A stretch of DNA of 35,487 nt from a virus (IMGVR_UViG_2663762908_000009), one strand, 5' to 3'; shown: positions 11,212-21,511, counted from the first letter of the stretch. Program-made: numbers and translations. The notes: generated by a model from the letters alone, not told the origin.

Positions 11212-11307
11212 GCCTTTTTCTCTGATCCAACGGTTAACAGTTTGTTTAGCCACACCGAGGCATTCAGCCAGTTCTTCGGTGGTCATTTTATTGCGTAATC
11301 TTTTCAT
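11212..11307 (-). CDS. yfeD: YfeD-like DNA-binding protein, first 32 codons (rest lost at N-run)
   Basis: MKRLRNKMTTEELAECLGVAKQTVNRWIREKG; starts 1 nt after the yfeC stop. Confidence 0.5.
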
Positions 11308-11308
11308 A

Positions 11309-11668
11309 TTATTTGCTATCGCGAATCCCTAAGCGTTGTAACAATCCGATAATCCCTTCCCGCAGAAGCAAGGATGTAAACTGTTTTTGTTCAACTGGCG
11401 TCATCTCTTTCGCCAGTGTCACCAGCAATACTTCAAGCGGCGCATCACCAGAAAGGGCAGGCGCTTCTCCCTGACCTTCTGGACGTTCAGCATTGCGAAT
11501 ATATTCACGAACCTGTTCATTGACGTGAACCAGTCGGGCTTTGCCACCCTGGACGCCAGGTTTTGGTGACGTTGTCCAGCCTTCCTTGCGTACCCATTTA
11601 TTAATGGTCTGGCGGCTATAGCCGGTCAGTCTGGCAAGTTCATCTGGTGTCATCCTCTCCTTGAACAT
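11309..11668 (-). CDS. yfeC: YfeC-like putative DNA-binding regulator
   Basis: MFKERMTPDELARLTGYSRQTINKWVRKEGWTTSPKPGVQGGKARLVHV...; AGGGA RBS 7 nt upstream. Confidence 0.6.
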   Translation of the reverse strand: MFKERMTPDELARLTGYSRQTINKWVRKEGWTTSPKPGVQGGKARLVHVNEQVREYIRNAERPEGQGEAPALSGDAPLEVLLVTLAKEMTPVEQKQFTSLLLREGIIGLLQRLGIRDSK

Positions 11669-11827
11669 AACAATTCCCTGAATGTATGTGGGTCTATTAG
11701 TAGTTCATTTTATAACACCACTTTACAGGAAACCGTGACATGAATAACTACTGAATGCGAGCGGTTTTCCAAAATTGTTCATTTGCCTGATTTTTCAGCG
11801 ATTGAAACTACACGTTGCAATTTGCCG

Positions 11828-11856
11828 TTGACACATTCGGGCGGAATTCATATGAT
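11828..11856 (+). promoter_or_regulatory. sigma70 promoter for the tRNA-Ala pair (TTGACA, 17 bp, TATGAT, GC-rich discriminator)
   Basis: Consensus -35, 17-bp spacer, near-consensus -10, then GCCGCCC, about 30 nt before the tRNA 5' end. Confidence 0.6.
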
Positions 11857-11888
11857 GCCGCCCGTCAACTCGACAAGCTTTACGTGAC

Positions 11889-11964
<76 letters not shown>

Positions 11965-12003
11965 AATTTTGCACCCAGCAAACTTGGTACGTAAACGCAT
12001 CGT

Positions 12004-12069
<66 letters not shown>

Positions 12070-12139
12070 NNNNNNNNNNGTCACCTTTTGCGTCCTATAG
12101 TCATAATGTCAAATGAACGCGTTTCGACAGGAAATCATC

Positions 12140-13465
12140 ATGAATAAATATCAGGCAGTTATTATTGGTTTTGGCAAGGCTGGAAAAACATTAGCCGTCA
12201 CGCTGGCAAAAGCAGGTTGGCGTGTGGCTCTCATCGAACAATCAAATGCAATGTATGGCGGGACCTGTATTAATATCGGCTGTATCCCAACCAAAACATT
12301 GGTTCATGACGCACAGCAGCACACAGATTTTGTCCGTGCCATACAGCGTAAAAATGAAGTGGTTAATTTTTTACGTAATAAGAATTTTCATAATCTTGCG
12401 GATATGCCCAATATCGACGTGATCGACGGCCAGGCGGAGTTTATCAATAATCATAGCCTGCGTGTTCATCGGCCTGAGGGAAATCTGGAGATTCATGGCG
12501 AGAAAATTTTTATTAATACCGGTGCACAAGCCGTGGTTCCGCCAATTCCTGGAATTACCACCACACCTGGTGTATATGACAGCACCGGATTACTTAATCT
12601 AAAAGAATTGCCTGGGCATTTAGGTATTTTGGGCGGCGGATATATTGGCGTTGAGTTCGCCTCTATGTTCGCTAATTTTGGCAGCAAAGTAACCATTTTA
12701 GAGTCAGCTTCGCTGTTTTTGCCTCGGGAAGATCGGGATATTGCTGATAATATCGCGACGATTTTACGCGATCAGGGCGTCGATATTATCCTCAATGCCC
12801 ATGTGGAGCGAATCAGTCACCATGAAAATCAAGTGCAAGTGCATAGCGAGCACGCCCAACTGGCGGTGGATGCACTGTTAATAGCTTCCGGTCGTCAACC
12901 GGCTACCGCTTCGTTACATCCAGAAAATGCCGGTATCGCAGTAAACGAGCGCGGGGCAATTGTCGTTGACAAGCGATTACATACCACCGCAGACAATATT
13001 TGGGCGATGGGAGATGTTACCGGCGGGCTGCAATTTACTTACATATCACTGGATGATTACCGCATTGTACGTGATGAGTTACTGGGTGAAGGCAAACGTA
13101 GTACTGATGATCGGAAAAATGTGCCTTATTCCGTATTTATGACACCGCCCCTGTCCAGGGTTGGTATGACAGAAGAACAAGCCAGAGAGAGTGGTGCTGA
13201 TATTCAGGTGGTGACATTGCCTGTAGCTGCAATTCCGCGCGCCAGAGTGATGAACGATACCCGTGGGGTATTAAAAGCGATTGTTGATAATAAAACCCAA
13301 CGTATATTAGGGGCATCACTGCTGTGTGTTGACTCCCACGAGATGATCAATATAGTGAAAATGGTGATGGATGCCGGGCTGCCTTATAGCATATTACGCG
13401 ATCAGATATTTACTCATCCGTCGATGAGCGAATCACTCAATGATCTATTTTCATTAGTCAAATAA
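12140..13465 (+). CDS. rclA: RclA-like pyridine nucleotide-disulfide oxidoreductase (reactive chlorine resistance)
   Basis: MNKYQAVIIGFGKAGKTLAVTLAKAGWRVALIEQSNAMYGGTCINIGCIPTK...; Rossmann GxGxxG and CxxxxC redox motif; AGGAAA RBS. Confidence 0.75.
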   Translation: MNKYQAVIIGFGKAGKTLAVTLAKAGWRVALIEQSNAMYGGTCINIGCIPTKTLVHDAQQHTDFVRAIQRKNEVVNFLRNKNFHNLADMPNIDVIDGQAEFINNHSLRVHRPEGNLEIHGEKIFINTGAQAVVPPIPGITTTPGVYDSTGLLNLKELPGHLGILGGGYIGVEFASMFANFGSKVTILESASLFLPREDRDIADNIATILRDQGVDIILNAHVERISHHENQVQVHSEHAQLAVDALLIASGRQPATASLHPENAGIAVNERGAIVVDKRLHTTADNIWAMGDVTGGLQFTYISLDDYRIVRDELLGEGKRSTDDRKNVPYSVFMTPPLSRVGMTEEQARESGADIQVVTLPVAAIPRARVMNDTRGVLKAIVDNKTQRILGASLLCVDSHEMINIVKMVMDAGLPYSILRDQIFTHPSMSESLNDLFSLVK

Positions 13466-13573
13466 ACTCAAAATCAGACGCCAGAACAAATATTCTGGCG
13501 TCTCAGAGAAAAGAATCTTATTAATTCTCTGTTACTCTATAACTTCTTAATCACTTCATTGATGGTATTTTAT

Positions 13574-13616
13574 ATGTTTAAAAAATCTGTTTTATTTGCA
13601 ACACTATTATCTGGCG
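13574..13616 (+). pseudogene. rclB: signal-peptide ORF start (MFKKSVLFATLLSG), likely rclB, interrupted by IS1
   Basis: 14 codons about 108 nt downstream of rclA, then IS1 IRL begins at 13617. Confidence 0.35.
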
Positions 13617-13680
13617 GGTGATGCTGCCAACTTACTGATTTAGTGTATGATGGTGTTTTTGAGGTGCTCCAGTGGCTTCT
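13617..13680 (+). mobile_element. IS1 left end (IRL) at contig edge
   Basis: GGTGATGCTGCCAACTTACTGATTTAGTGTATGATGGTGTTTTTGAGGTGCTCCAGTGGCTTCT. Confidence 0.85.
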
Positions 13681-13692
13681 NNNNNNNNNNAG

Positions 13693-14127
<435 letters not shown>

Positions 14128-14190
14128 NNNNNNNNNNCAGGGTATAAGCCATTATCAAGCCCCCCGTAGATAGGCTTTGTAATGACATCT

Positions 14191-14715
14191 TCAATTAATC
14201 AGCAGTTCAGGCTGTGTCACCTGCAAGATGTATTCATGCTCGACAGCCAGGACACGCTTCTCTTTCTTCCGTTCGTTCATTAACCGACTGCCGATCGTAC
14301 CTTTCAGCTTTGAGCGTGTTTCTTTGATGGCGTAGCGGTGCTGCATTTCTTCGCCAATTGCCATGCGGCGGCTCAGTTGTTCTGCCATCCAGTTGAATGC
14401 TGCGATATAGCTCTCCTTGATTGCCGCAGCAGCTTTCCCGGTGAACCCCATCACAACCATGATCCAGCCATCTTTCGTCAGGCTGTACATCGGGCGAACC
14501 TTGCCCTGCTCATCGATATAATCAGCCGACGCAAAATTGCGTTGGCTAAACTCACGCGAGCAATCAGCCTTAACCTGCTCGATTTTCCTGAGAACATCAC
14601 TGTGTCGCTTGCCGAAGTACTTGGCAATTTTTCTGGATGTGGTAACGACCTCTCCGTTTTTGGCTTGCACCATTTCTCGGAAGTCGAAGGCTGGAATAAC
14701 TGAATGATTATTCAT
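14191..14715 (-). CDS. Rha-family phage regulatory protein / antirepressor-like
   Basis: MNNHSVIPAFDFREMVQAKNGEVVTTSRKIAKYFGKRHSDVLRKIEQ resembles the pRha N-terminal domain; start chosen at internal ATG 14715. Confidence 0.55.
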   Translation of the reverse strand: MNNHSVIPAFDFREMVQAKNGEVVTTSRKIAKYFGKRHSDVLRKIEQVKADCSREFSQRNFASADYIDEQGKVRPMYSLTKDGWIMVVMGFTGKAAAAIKESYIAAFNWMAEQLSRRMAIGEEMQHRYAIKETRSKLKGTIGSRLMNERKKEKRVLAVEHEYILQVTQPELLIN

Positions 14716-15139
14716 AGCGTCTTTACCTTTTAGAAAGTGAGCCTGTCTCACAGAAAAGCCGCCCGAGAGAGGTCGCCACCTATAACGGCATTTCTCAGGC
14801 TCGCTTACTGAAAGGCTCTCGTTAATATGCGCGTGAGATGCGCTGTGAAATTCAGATATAAAAAGCCCCGCGAATGCGAGGCTAAATCCTGGTATTTGTA
14901 ATGAACTGGCTCTTATCTCAACGCAGCCCCTTACTGCGCGCCAGATGCTCAATATCAAGCATCAGCAATGAGATGTTTAATCTGGATTTACTCCAGAAGT
15001 GATCACCACCCTGTCTACAGAGCCAGATGTGAAGGATGATGAGTAAAATTATCGCNNNNNNNNNNTGGGAAAACAAATAAAAGAAATCCCCGTCGCATCG
15101 GCGACAGGGGCAGGGAAGTAACAGGGATGGGTTAAATAC

Positions 15140-16003
15140 TCAGAAGAAGAAATCCCAGACGGCACGGGCCACTGACACCACGGTGGTGCGCACGGCCTGA
15201 ATGACGGCCCGCACCGGGGCGGGTATCAGGGGAAAGGCACTGATGCTATCGAGTACGGCCCCGACGGTTTCACCAAAATCGCTACGAGCCTGTTCCCGGA
15301 CTACCGTCGTGCGAAAGGAAGGATGGAGTTGCGACACCACCGGGCTGGTGGCCTCACGTGGCAGGCACTTAATCATCCGCTCGGCCATCACCTTAAGCCC
15401 CCATTGTAGACGGACCGACACGGCACACACCGGATGTACGGGCTGGAACAGCTCATGCAGCAGACAGATTTTACGGCTGATATTCTGCTTCTGCGCCGTG
15501 GACAACGGTCCCCCACCGCTGGTGGGTTCGGCCTTATCCGACTGGCTGATAACAAACAGCACCTTATGCCGGTATACCTCTCCAATCACCTGATGATAAA
15601 AATGTTCATCCACCGCCAGCGCCCGGTCATCGGCCTTAATCAGCCACAGAACCAGGTCGAGCCGGGGGAGTTGTTCGCGGTACATCGCAGCATACTCGGT
15701 ATCGCGAGCACCACTTTCGCCCACGCCGGGCAGGTCCACCAGCGTCATATAGCGGTCGCCGACTTGCAGGCGAAAGCGCAGTGGCTCACGGGTACATGCA
15801 GCCACATCGCTGACCGGTGATATATCTCCGGCAAACAGGGCATTGCACAGACTGCTCTTCCCAACACCGGTTTTACCCATAATGCCGATCACTGGCTCGT
15901 AGCGGGTTAACTGATTTATCTGCTGCAATATACGTTCAGACACCCACTGTGGCAGACCAGCGAGCGATTGCTGAAACGGCTTCAATCCTTCAGAATTGTT
16001 CAT
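15140..16003 (-). CDS. YfjP/YeeP/YkfA-family GTPase of CP4-type cryptic prophage islands
   Basis: P-loop GIMGKTGVGKSSLCNALF, DLPGVGE switch; AGGAG RBS 6 nt before ATG at 16003. Confidence 0.75.
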   Translation of the reverse strand: MNNSEGLKPFQQSLAGLPQWVSERILQQINQLTRYEPVIGIMGKTGVGKSSLCNALFAGDISPVSDVAACTREPLRFRLQVGDRYMTLVDLPGVGESGARDTEYAAMYREQLPRLDLVLWLIKADDRALAVDEHFYHQVIGEVYRHKVLFVISQSDKAEPTSGGGPLSTAQKQNISRKICLLHELFQPVHPVCAVSVRLQWGLKVMAERMIKCLPREATSPVVSQLHPSFRTTVVREQARSDFGETVGAVLDSISAFPLIPAPVRAVIQAVRTTVVSVARAVWDFFF

Positions 16004-16109
16004 TACTACTCCTCTGAAAAATAATACAAAAACGGCAGAATCGTGAGATTCCACCGTTAATCTGGTATGTTCAAAGGGATGATATATATCTGAAAATTAT
16101 TAACTTGAT

Positions 16110-17036
16110 CTACTTTTTGTCTTTTTTACGTGATGAAACAGCCTGCTGCCAAGCATGCTTCATTTTCTGAATAAAGAAATATTTTTCTTCAACTCCAGTG
16201 TCCCAACTATCCATGCATGCAATGATCATCTGTATTCTCATTGCAGTGTTATATGGTTTTAAATAAAAGGGGATCATATTTTTATTTCTCAGATACTCCC
16301 AGCAATAGATAGCTTGCTTTTCATCTTTTTTATCTAGCCAGTCATAATCAGTAAGAAATGTATTATATTGCTCTAGCCATTTATCATGCAACTTACGAAA
16401 ATAGGAAATTTTCTGACTTAAACTTACAGGAGCTAAATCAATAAACCTCATCAAAGTACAAATGCGTTCTTGTTCGGATGTTGTATTCGGGCTGTAGTTG
16501 TCGGGATCTGCGCCAGATGTTAAATAAAATCTACGCGAGTATTTTTCAGGTATATCTCTATTTTTTTCTTTATTGCTAGGGGAGATTCCCACCTGCATTT
16601 CGGCTTGTACTTCATCAAGTGAGAAATTTTTAATTTCATCAATGTTTATAAATTCAAAAAAGGATGCAGGAGTTGAGTTCGGGTTGTAAATATTATCTTG
16701 TGCAAAGATATTCACGCTCGAGGAGGTTTCAGGACTGATTCTGTTGTTATATATATACATTAAGGCAAACCACGATCCTCTATCAGAACCTTTGAAACAA
16801 TCGAACTTATCTTTGTCAATGATTTTGTAATGGAACTGTTTTTTCAAGTAAGTACGCGCACTTTGTATTGCTTCATTATTGAATAGGAATTTAGTGTTCA
16901 ATATATGATTAATGAGTTTTTGAAATTCCTCAGGCGTGTCGAAATTACTCGCCTGCTTAATGTAATCTTCGTTGTAATACAGACTCAGAACGTAAAGGGA
17001 AAAGAACTCCTCTCTCACTTCGTCATACCTAAGCAT
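16110..17036 (-). CDS. hypothetical protein, 308 aa, AT-rich, no recognisable domain (possibly a YfjH-like island protein)
   Basis: Intact ORF with GGAGG-like RBS; AT-rich codon usage contrasts with the neighbouring GTPase; co-oriented 106 bp upstream of the GTPase. Confidence 0.5.
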   Translation of the reverse strand: MLRYDEVREEFFSLYVLSLYYNEDYIKQASNFDTPEEFQKLINHILNTKFLFNNEAIQSARTYLKKQFHYKIIDKDKFDCFKGSDRGSWFALMYIYNNRISPETSSSVNIFAQDNIYNPNSTPASFFEFINIDEIKNFSLDEVQAEMQVGISPSNKEKNRDIPEKYSRRFYLTSGADPDNYSPNTTSEQERICTLMRFIDLAPVSLSQKISYFRKLHDKWLEQYNTFLTDYDWLDKKDEKQAIYCWEYLRNKNMIPFYLKPYNTAMRIQMIIACMDSWDTGVEEKYFFIQKMKHAWQQAVSSRKKDKK

Positions 17037-17485
17037 GTACCCTCCAGTGTGATATCACATCTGTCCGATGCTTTCAAAAGTATAAATGAACCATGATGAT
17101 TTGGCATCTGCAAGGTGACTGTTGACTGGTTTTTTGCTGATTTTTTAATGATAAAGTAGTGATTACTAACTGATTAGTAAGTGATTAATGGCTGGTTGCC
17201 TCCTGTGATTTTTCTGCCTCTGGTAAATTGGGGGAGAGTACTGATCAACTCACCACTCTGAATAATTTTCATGATTGCACTCTACAAAGTTTCGACATCC
17301 GTCAAATTGTAACGGTCAGAGAACAGCGTTACACGAGGTTTTCCGTATCTATGCATTCTTAGTTGGGTAGCTCAACTGCTCCTTCCAGATCTTTTTTTAC
17401 GTCACACCCCATTCATGTGGAGGAGAAGGCGTGAACAATTAGTTATCGCCTGCTCCGGTGCTCTTCTCGCAATGGGACACTCAGC

Positions 17486-17692
17486 ATGAAAACTAAACCT
17501 GCACTACTGGAAGATGAGTTCATCGATATGAAGTTTATCACACGCCTTACTGGCCTGAGTGATAAATGGTTCTATAAGTTGATACAGGAAGGGGTATTTC
17601 CGAAACCCATTAAGATGGGTAGAGCTTCTCGCTGGTTAAAAAGCGACCTGGAGGAGTGGTTGCAGGCTAAAATTAATGATTCCAGAAATTAA
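17486..17692 (+). CDS. alpA: AlpA-family prophage regulatory protein
   Basis: FITRLTGLSDKWFYKLIQEGVFPKPIKMGRASRWLKSDLEEWL; 68 aa. Confidence 0.75.
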   Translation: MKTKPALLEDEFIDMKFITRLTGLSDKWFYKLIQEGVFPKPIKMGRASRWLKSDLEEWLQAKINDSRN

Positions 17693-18096
17693 ATATTTTG
17701 GACTGTGTTTATCAAATTCCATGCCCTTTTTGCTGCTTAATTTTAAATGACACTCTGATCATGCACCGTGATTGAAATAAGTTATAGCCACCCCTTAATC
17801 ATTTTTTTCAGACGACATTAACTTCGGAGTAAATAATTTAACACAATGAAATATCAAACCGCATCTGGCCTGAATGTTGAGTATTAATACGTGACGGATT
17901 GTTAATATATATCAGTACATAAACCCCAATATTCCAGTAATACACACCTACGCAATACACACCAAGCAATTTAGTCAGCATCACCCAACTAACATCCAAC
18001 ACAAACTCAATAAGCCAGATTTGATACCACCTAATTACCTCAACCATCGCGGGTAAGGTTCCGTCCTGCCCGATATTCAGATCACAGGAATCTATT

Positions 18097-18708
18097 ATGC
18101 TTAATGATATTTATCTTGACCAACGTCATGCCCCATTCAATACAACGTATTTGCAACGGATGCTGGGTGTAATTGATAACGCTATAGCACAACACCCAAG
18201 GACAATGGCTGTCCGTGTCGATCTACGTCTGCCTGATGACAACTGTAATAGGAATAGTGGTCTGATATCCCGTTTCATTGAATCGCTTAATGCAAAAATC
18301 GATGCTCGGTACCGAAATAAAATAAAGAATGGCATCAGGAGCTACCCATGCCAGATACGTTACGCCTGGGTCCGGGAAGTGGGAGAAATAAACGAGAAGT
18401 CCCATTACCACATGGTACTCTTTGTAAACAAAGACACCTTCAACGGTCTGGGCCGCTATGGCAGAGATGGCACTGGATTAGCCAACCTGATAAGCGAGGC
18501 CTGGATGAGCGCCTTACAGTTGAGCTCATACCCTGAATACCGAACACTGGTGCATATCCCCGATAATCCACTGTATTACCTAGATGTCAACGCCTCGGAC
18601 TATCAGGCAATTTACGATAAACTCACTTTCCGTCTGAGCTATTTTGCAAAAGAGCGAACCAAAAGCTACTGCCGCGCAGAACGTTCATTCGGGTGTAGTC
18701 AGAACTGA
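18097..18708 (+). CDS. YfjJ/YagK-family protein of CP4-type islands
   Basis: MLNDIYLDQRHAPFNTTYLQRM...; about 400 bp after alpA, as in the alpA-yfjI-yfjJ arrangement. Confidence 0.5.
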   Translation: MLNDIYLDQRHAPFNTTYLQRMLGVIDNAIAQHPRTMAVRVDLRLPDDNCNRNSGLISRFIESLNAKIDARYRNKIKNGIRSYPCQIRYAWVREVGEINEKSHYHMVLFVNKDTFNGLGRYGRDGTGLANLISEAWMSALQLSSYPEYRTLVHIPDNPLYYLDVNASDYQAIYDKLTFRLSYFAKERTKSYCRAERSFGCSQN

Positions 18709-18714
18709 GAGGAA

Positions 18715-19233
18715 AGTAGCAGGTATCCGACAGTATTTCAGCATCTGCTTCGTTATTACGCCGGTTACAGCGCCCGTCCTGCCAGTCAGCAGAACGGTTA
18801 ATCCGCAGTGACAGCTGCGCACGCGACACTCCCATGGTGCGGCTGACCAAGGCTATTCCCCGTCCTTTGGCAACAAGAGCTCGTGCACTATCCATTTTCG
18901 CGACTGACCGTACTCCACGGCTTCTTTCAGGATCTCAACTTCCATCGTCTTCTTACCCAGAAGGCGCTGAAGCTCCCAGACCTGTTTCAGAGCAGCAGTA
19001 AGCTCAGAAGCGGGAACGAATTCCTCTACGGCCGCAACGGCGGTAAGGCTGCCTTCCTGGTACTGCTTCTTCCACTTAAACAGCAGGCCTAGCTGAATAC
19101 TGTGCAGGCGGGCACATGGGAGACATTCATGCCGGGCTCCATCGTCTACAGGATAATGGCGATCTTCTCCTAAAGAATTTTACGCTTACGGACTTCTTGC
19201 CCTAACAGGATCCCAGTCATCTCAAAATTGGCG
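18715..19233 (-). pseudogene. IS2-like (IS3 family) remnant: orfA with two in-frame TAG codons and a frameshift, orfB cut after ~50 codons
   Basis: Minus strand reads ...EKIAII[15 protein letters not shown]... then [18 protein letters not shown]...[17 protein letters not shown]...; orfB start [28 protein letters not shown]. Confidence 0.65.
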
Positions 19234-19318
19234 GTAAGCGTCAAGTCACTGCCGCCTGTGATTCCAGTCCCGGGATCGCTAGCTTAGAGCTCCGTCTAAT
19301 TTAGAAGGAGCTCTGTTT

Positions 19319-19759
19319 ATGGAAAATGCTGCCAACTGGCGAACTGAATCGCGTACCGTCTATTCCAGTGACTTCAAACTTCGGATGGTCGAACTGGCTT
19401 CACGACCAGATGCCAACGTCGCACAACTGGCGCGGGAACATGGCGTTGATAATAATCTCATTTTTAAGTGGCTACGCCTCTGGCAGAGAGAGGGGCGAAT
19501 CTCTCGTCGAATGCCTGCAACTATCGTGGGGCCGGTGGTACCTCAATCTCTTCCGGCTTCTCCGACTCTGTTGTCCGTCGACGTTATCAACGACCCGTTG
19601 CCCGCAGCAGAGAATGACACTCTGTGTACGTTCTCCTCCGCTCACGCCAGCGCCACTTCCTGTCATGTTGAGTTCCGCCACGGCAAAATGACGCTGGAGA
19701 ACCCGTCGTCAGAGTTGCTGACTGTGCTGATCCGCGAATTGACCGGGAGGACACCATGA
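19319..19759 (+). CDS. IS66-family accessory protein TnpA (orf1)
   Basis: AAGGAG RBS; HTH-like N-terminus; overlaps orf2 by 4 nt. Confidence 0.7.
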   Translation: MENAANWRTESRTVYSSDFKLRMVELASRPDANVAQLAREHGVDNNLIFKWLRLWQREGRISRRMPATIVGPVVPQSLPASPTLLSVDVINDPLPAAENDTLCTFSSAHASATSCHVEFRHGKMTLENPSSELLTVLIRELTGRTP

Positions 19760-20106
19760 TATCCCTCCCGTCAGGCACCCGCATCTGGCTGGTCGCCGGG
19801 GCCACGGATATGCGTAAATCCTTCAACGGGCTGGGCGAACAGATACACCACGTTCTGGATGAGGATCCCTTCTCCGGCCATCTGTTTATCTTCCGGGGAC
19901 GCCGTGGCGATACCGTGAAAATACTTTGGGCTGATGCTGATGGTCTGTGCCTGTTTATCAAACGCCTGGAAGAGGGACAGTTCGTCTGGCCTGCTGTACG
20001 CGACGGCAAAATCGCGATCACCCGCTCACAACTTGCCATGCTCCTTGATAAGCTGGACTGGCGCCAGCCAAAAATATCCCGCCTTAACTCACTGACAATG
20101 TTGTAA
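19756..20106 (+). CDS. IS66-family TnpB (orf2)
   Basis: MISLPSGTRIWLVAGATDMRKSFNGLGEQIHHVLDEDPFSGHLFIFRGRRGDTVKILWADADGLCLFIKRLEEG. Confidence 0.8.
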   Translation: MISLPSGTRIWLVAGATDMRKSFNGLGEQIHHVLDEDPFSGHLFIFRGRRGDTVKILWADADGLCLFIKRLEEGQFVWPAVRDGKIAITRSQLAMLLDKLDWRQPKISRLNSLTML

Positions 20107-20136
20107 AAAAATCATAACCGCATTATAAAAGCGGTT

Positions 20137-21438
20137 ATGAATCACGACTATCTCGCCCGTATCGCTGCGCTGGAAGACGCGCTTCGCCAGAAAGACAGTC
20201 AGCTCAGTCTCGTTGCAGAGACTGAGTCGTTCCTGCGTTCTGCACTGGCCCGCGCAGAAGAGAAAATAGAGAACGAAGAGCGCGAGATAGAGCATCTGCG
20301 GGCACAGATAGAAAAACTGCGTCGAATGTTGTTCGGTACCCGCTCCGAAAAACTTCGCCGACAGGTTGAAGAAGCCGAAGCCCTGCTGAAACAGCAGGAG
20401 CAGCAAAGCGATCGCTACAACGGACGGGAAGACGATCCGCAGGTACCTCGCCAGTTGCGTCAGTCCCGCCATCGTCGCCCGTTACCAGCACATCTTCCCC
20501 GCGAGATACATCGGCTGGATCCTGCGGAAACCAGCTGTCCGGAATGCGGCAGCGGTATGGCGTACCTCAGCGAAGTCAGCGTGGAGCAGCTGGAACTGGT
20601 CTCCAGCGCCCTGAAAGTGATCCGCACGGTCAGGGTGAAAAAGGCCTGCACCCGATGTGACTGTATCGTTGAAGCACCTGCGCCATCACGTCCCATCGAT
20701 CGGGGTATCGCCGGGCCGGGTCTGCTGGCCCGCGTGTTAACGGCCAAATACTGCGAACACCTGCCGCTGTATCGCCAGTGCGAAATCTTTGCCCGTCAGG
20801 GCGTGGATCTGAGCCGGGCTCTGCTCTCCAACTGGGTGGATGCATGTTGCCGGTTAATGGCCCCGCTGGATGAGGCCCTTTACCACTACGTGATGGACTG
20901 CCACAAACTGCATACGGATGACACTCCGGTTCTGGTGCTTGCACCGGGCAGAAAGAAGACGAAAACCGGGCGTATCTGGACGTATGTACGTGACGACAGA
21001 AGCGCAGGTTCATCAGATCCGCCAGCGGCATGGTTCGCCTTCTCGCCAGACCGGCAGGGAAAACATCCTCAGCAACACCTTCGCCACTATCATGGTGTGC
21101 TGCAGGCGGATGCCTTCGCAGGCTACGATCGGTTGTTCAGTCCGGAACGTGAAGGAGGGCCGCTGACAGAAGCCGCATGTTGGGCCCATGCCCGCCGAAA
21201 AATCCATGATGTCTATATAAGCACTCACACAGCGACAGCGGAAGAAGCCCTGAAACGTATCGGTGAGCTGTACGCGATAGAAGAAGAAATACGCGGCCTC
21301 ACGACAGAAGAGCGTCTGGCAGCCAGACAATCGCAAAGCAAACCACTGCTGGCATCGCTGCATGAATGGCTGGTAGAAAAAAATGAGACGCTGTCGAAAA
21401 AGTCCCGTCTGGGCGAAGCGTTCGCTTATGTCCTGTGA
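20137..21438 (+). CDS. IS66-family transposase TnpC, C-terminally truncated; stop codon supplied by the first 3 nt of IS3
   Basis: Leucine-zipper N-terminus, CPECGSGM...CTRCDC zinc finger, ...HARRKIHDVY...; ends at KKSRLGEAFAYVL-stop where IS3 begins. Confidence 0.8.
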   Translation: MNHDYLARIAALEDALRQKDSQLSLVAETESFLRSALARAEEKIENEEREIEHLRAQIEKLRRMLFGTRSEKLRRQVEEAEALLKQQEQQSDRYNGREDDPQVPRQLRQSRHRRPLPAHLPREIHRLDPAETSCPECGSGMAYLSEVSVEQLELVSSALKVIRTVRVKKACTRCDCIVEAPAPSRPIDRGIAGPGLLARVLTAKYCEHLPLYRQCEIFARQGVDLSRALLSNWVDACCRLMAPLDEALYHYVMDCHKLHTDDTPVLVLAPGRKKTKTGRIWTYVRDDRSAGSSDPPAAWFAFSPDRQGKHPQQHLRHYHGVLQADAFAGYDRLFSPEREGGPLTEAACWAHARRKIHDVYISTHTATAEEALKRIGELYAIEEEIRGLTTEERLAARQSQSKPLLASLHEWLVEKNETLSKKSRLGEAFAYVL

Positions 21439-21500
21439 TCCTACCCACGTAATATGGACACAGGCCTAAGCGAGGTTCTTGTTTTCAAATTGTTCCGGAC
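21436..21500 (-). mobile_element. IS3 right end, element in reverse orientation, at contig edge
   Basis: TGATCCTACCCACGTAATATGGACACAGGCCTAAGCGAGGTTCTTGTTTTCAAATTGTTCCGGAC. Confidence 0.85.
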
Positions 21501-21511
21501 NNNNNNNNNNG

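Larger units (their letters stand above)
19234..21435 (+). mobile_element. IS66-family element (ISEc8-like), left end GTAAGCG...; right part removed by an IS3 insertion
   Basis: Contains the three-ORF set below; terminal GTAAGCG at 19234. Confidence 0.75.

Noticed and set aside
20204-21363. Minus-strand ORFs of 95-133 aa inside IS66 tnpC
   Set aside because: Antisense to a well-supported transposase ORF
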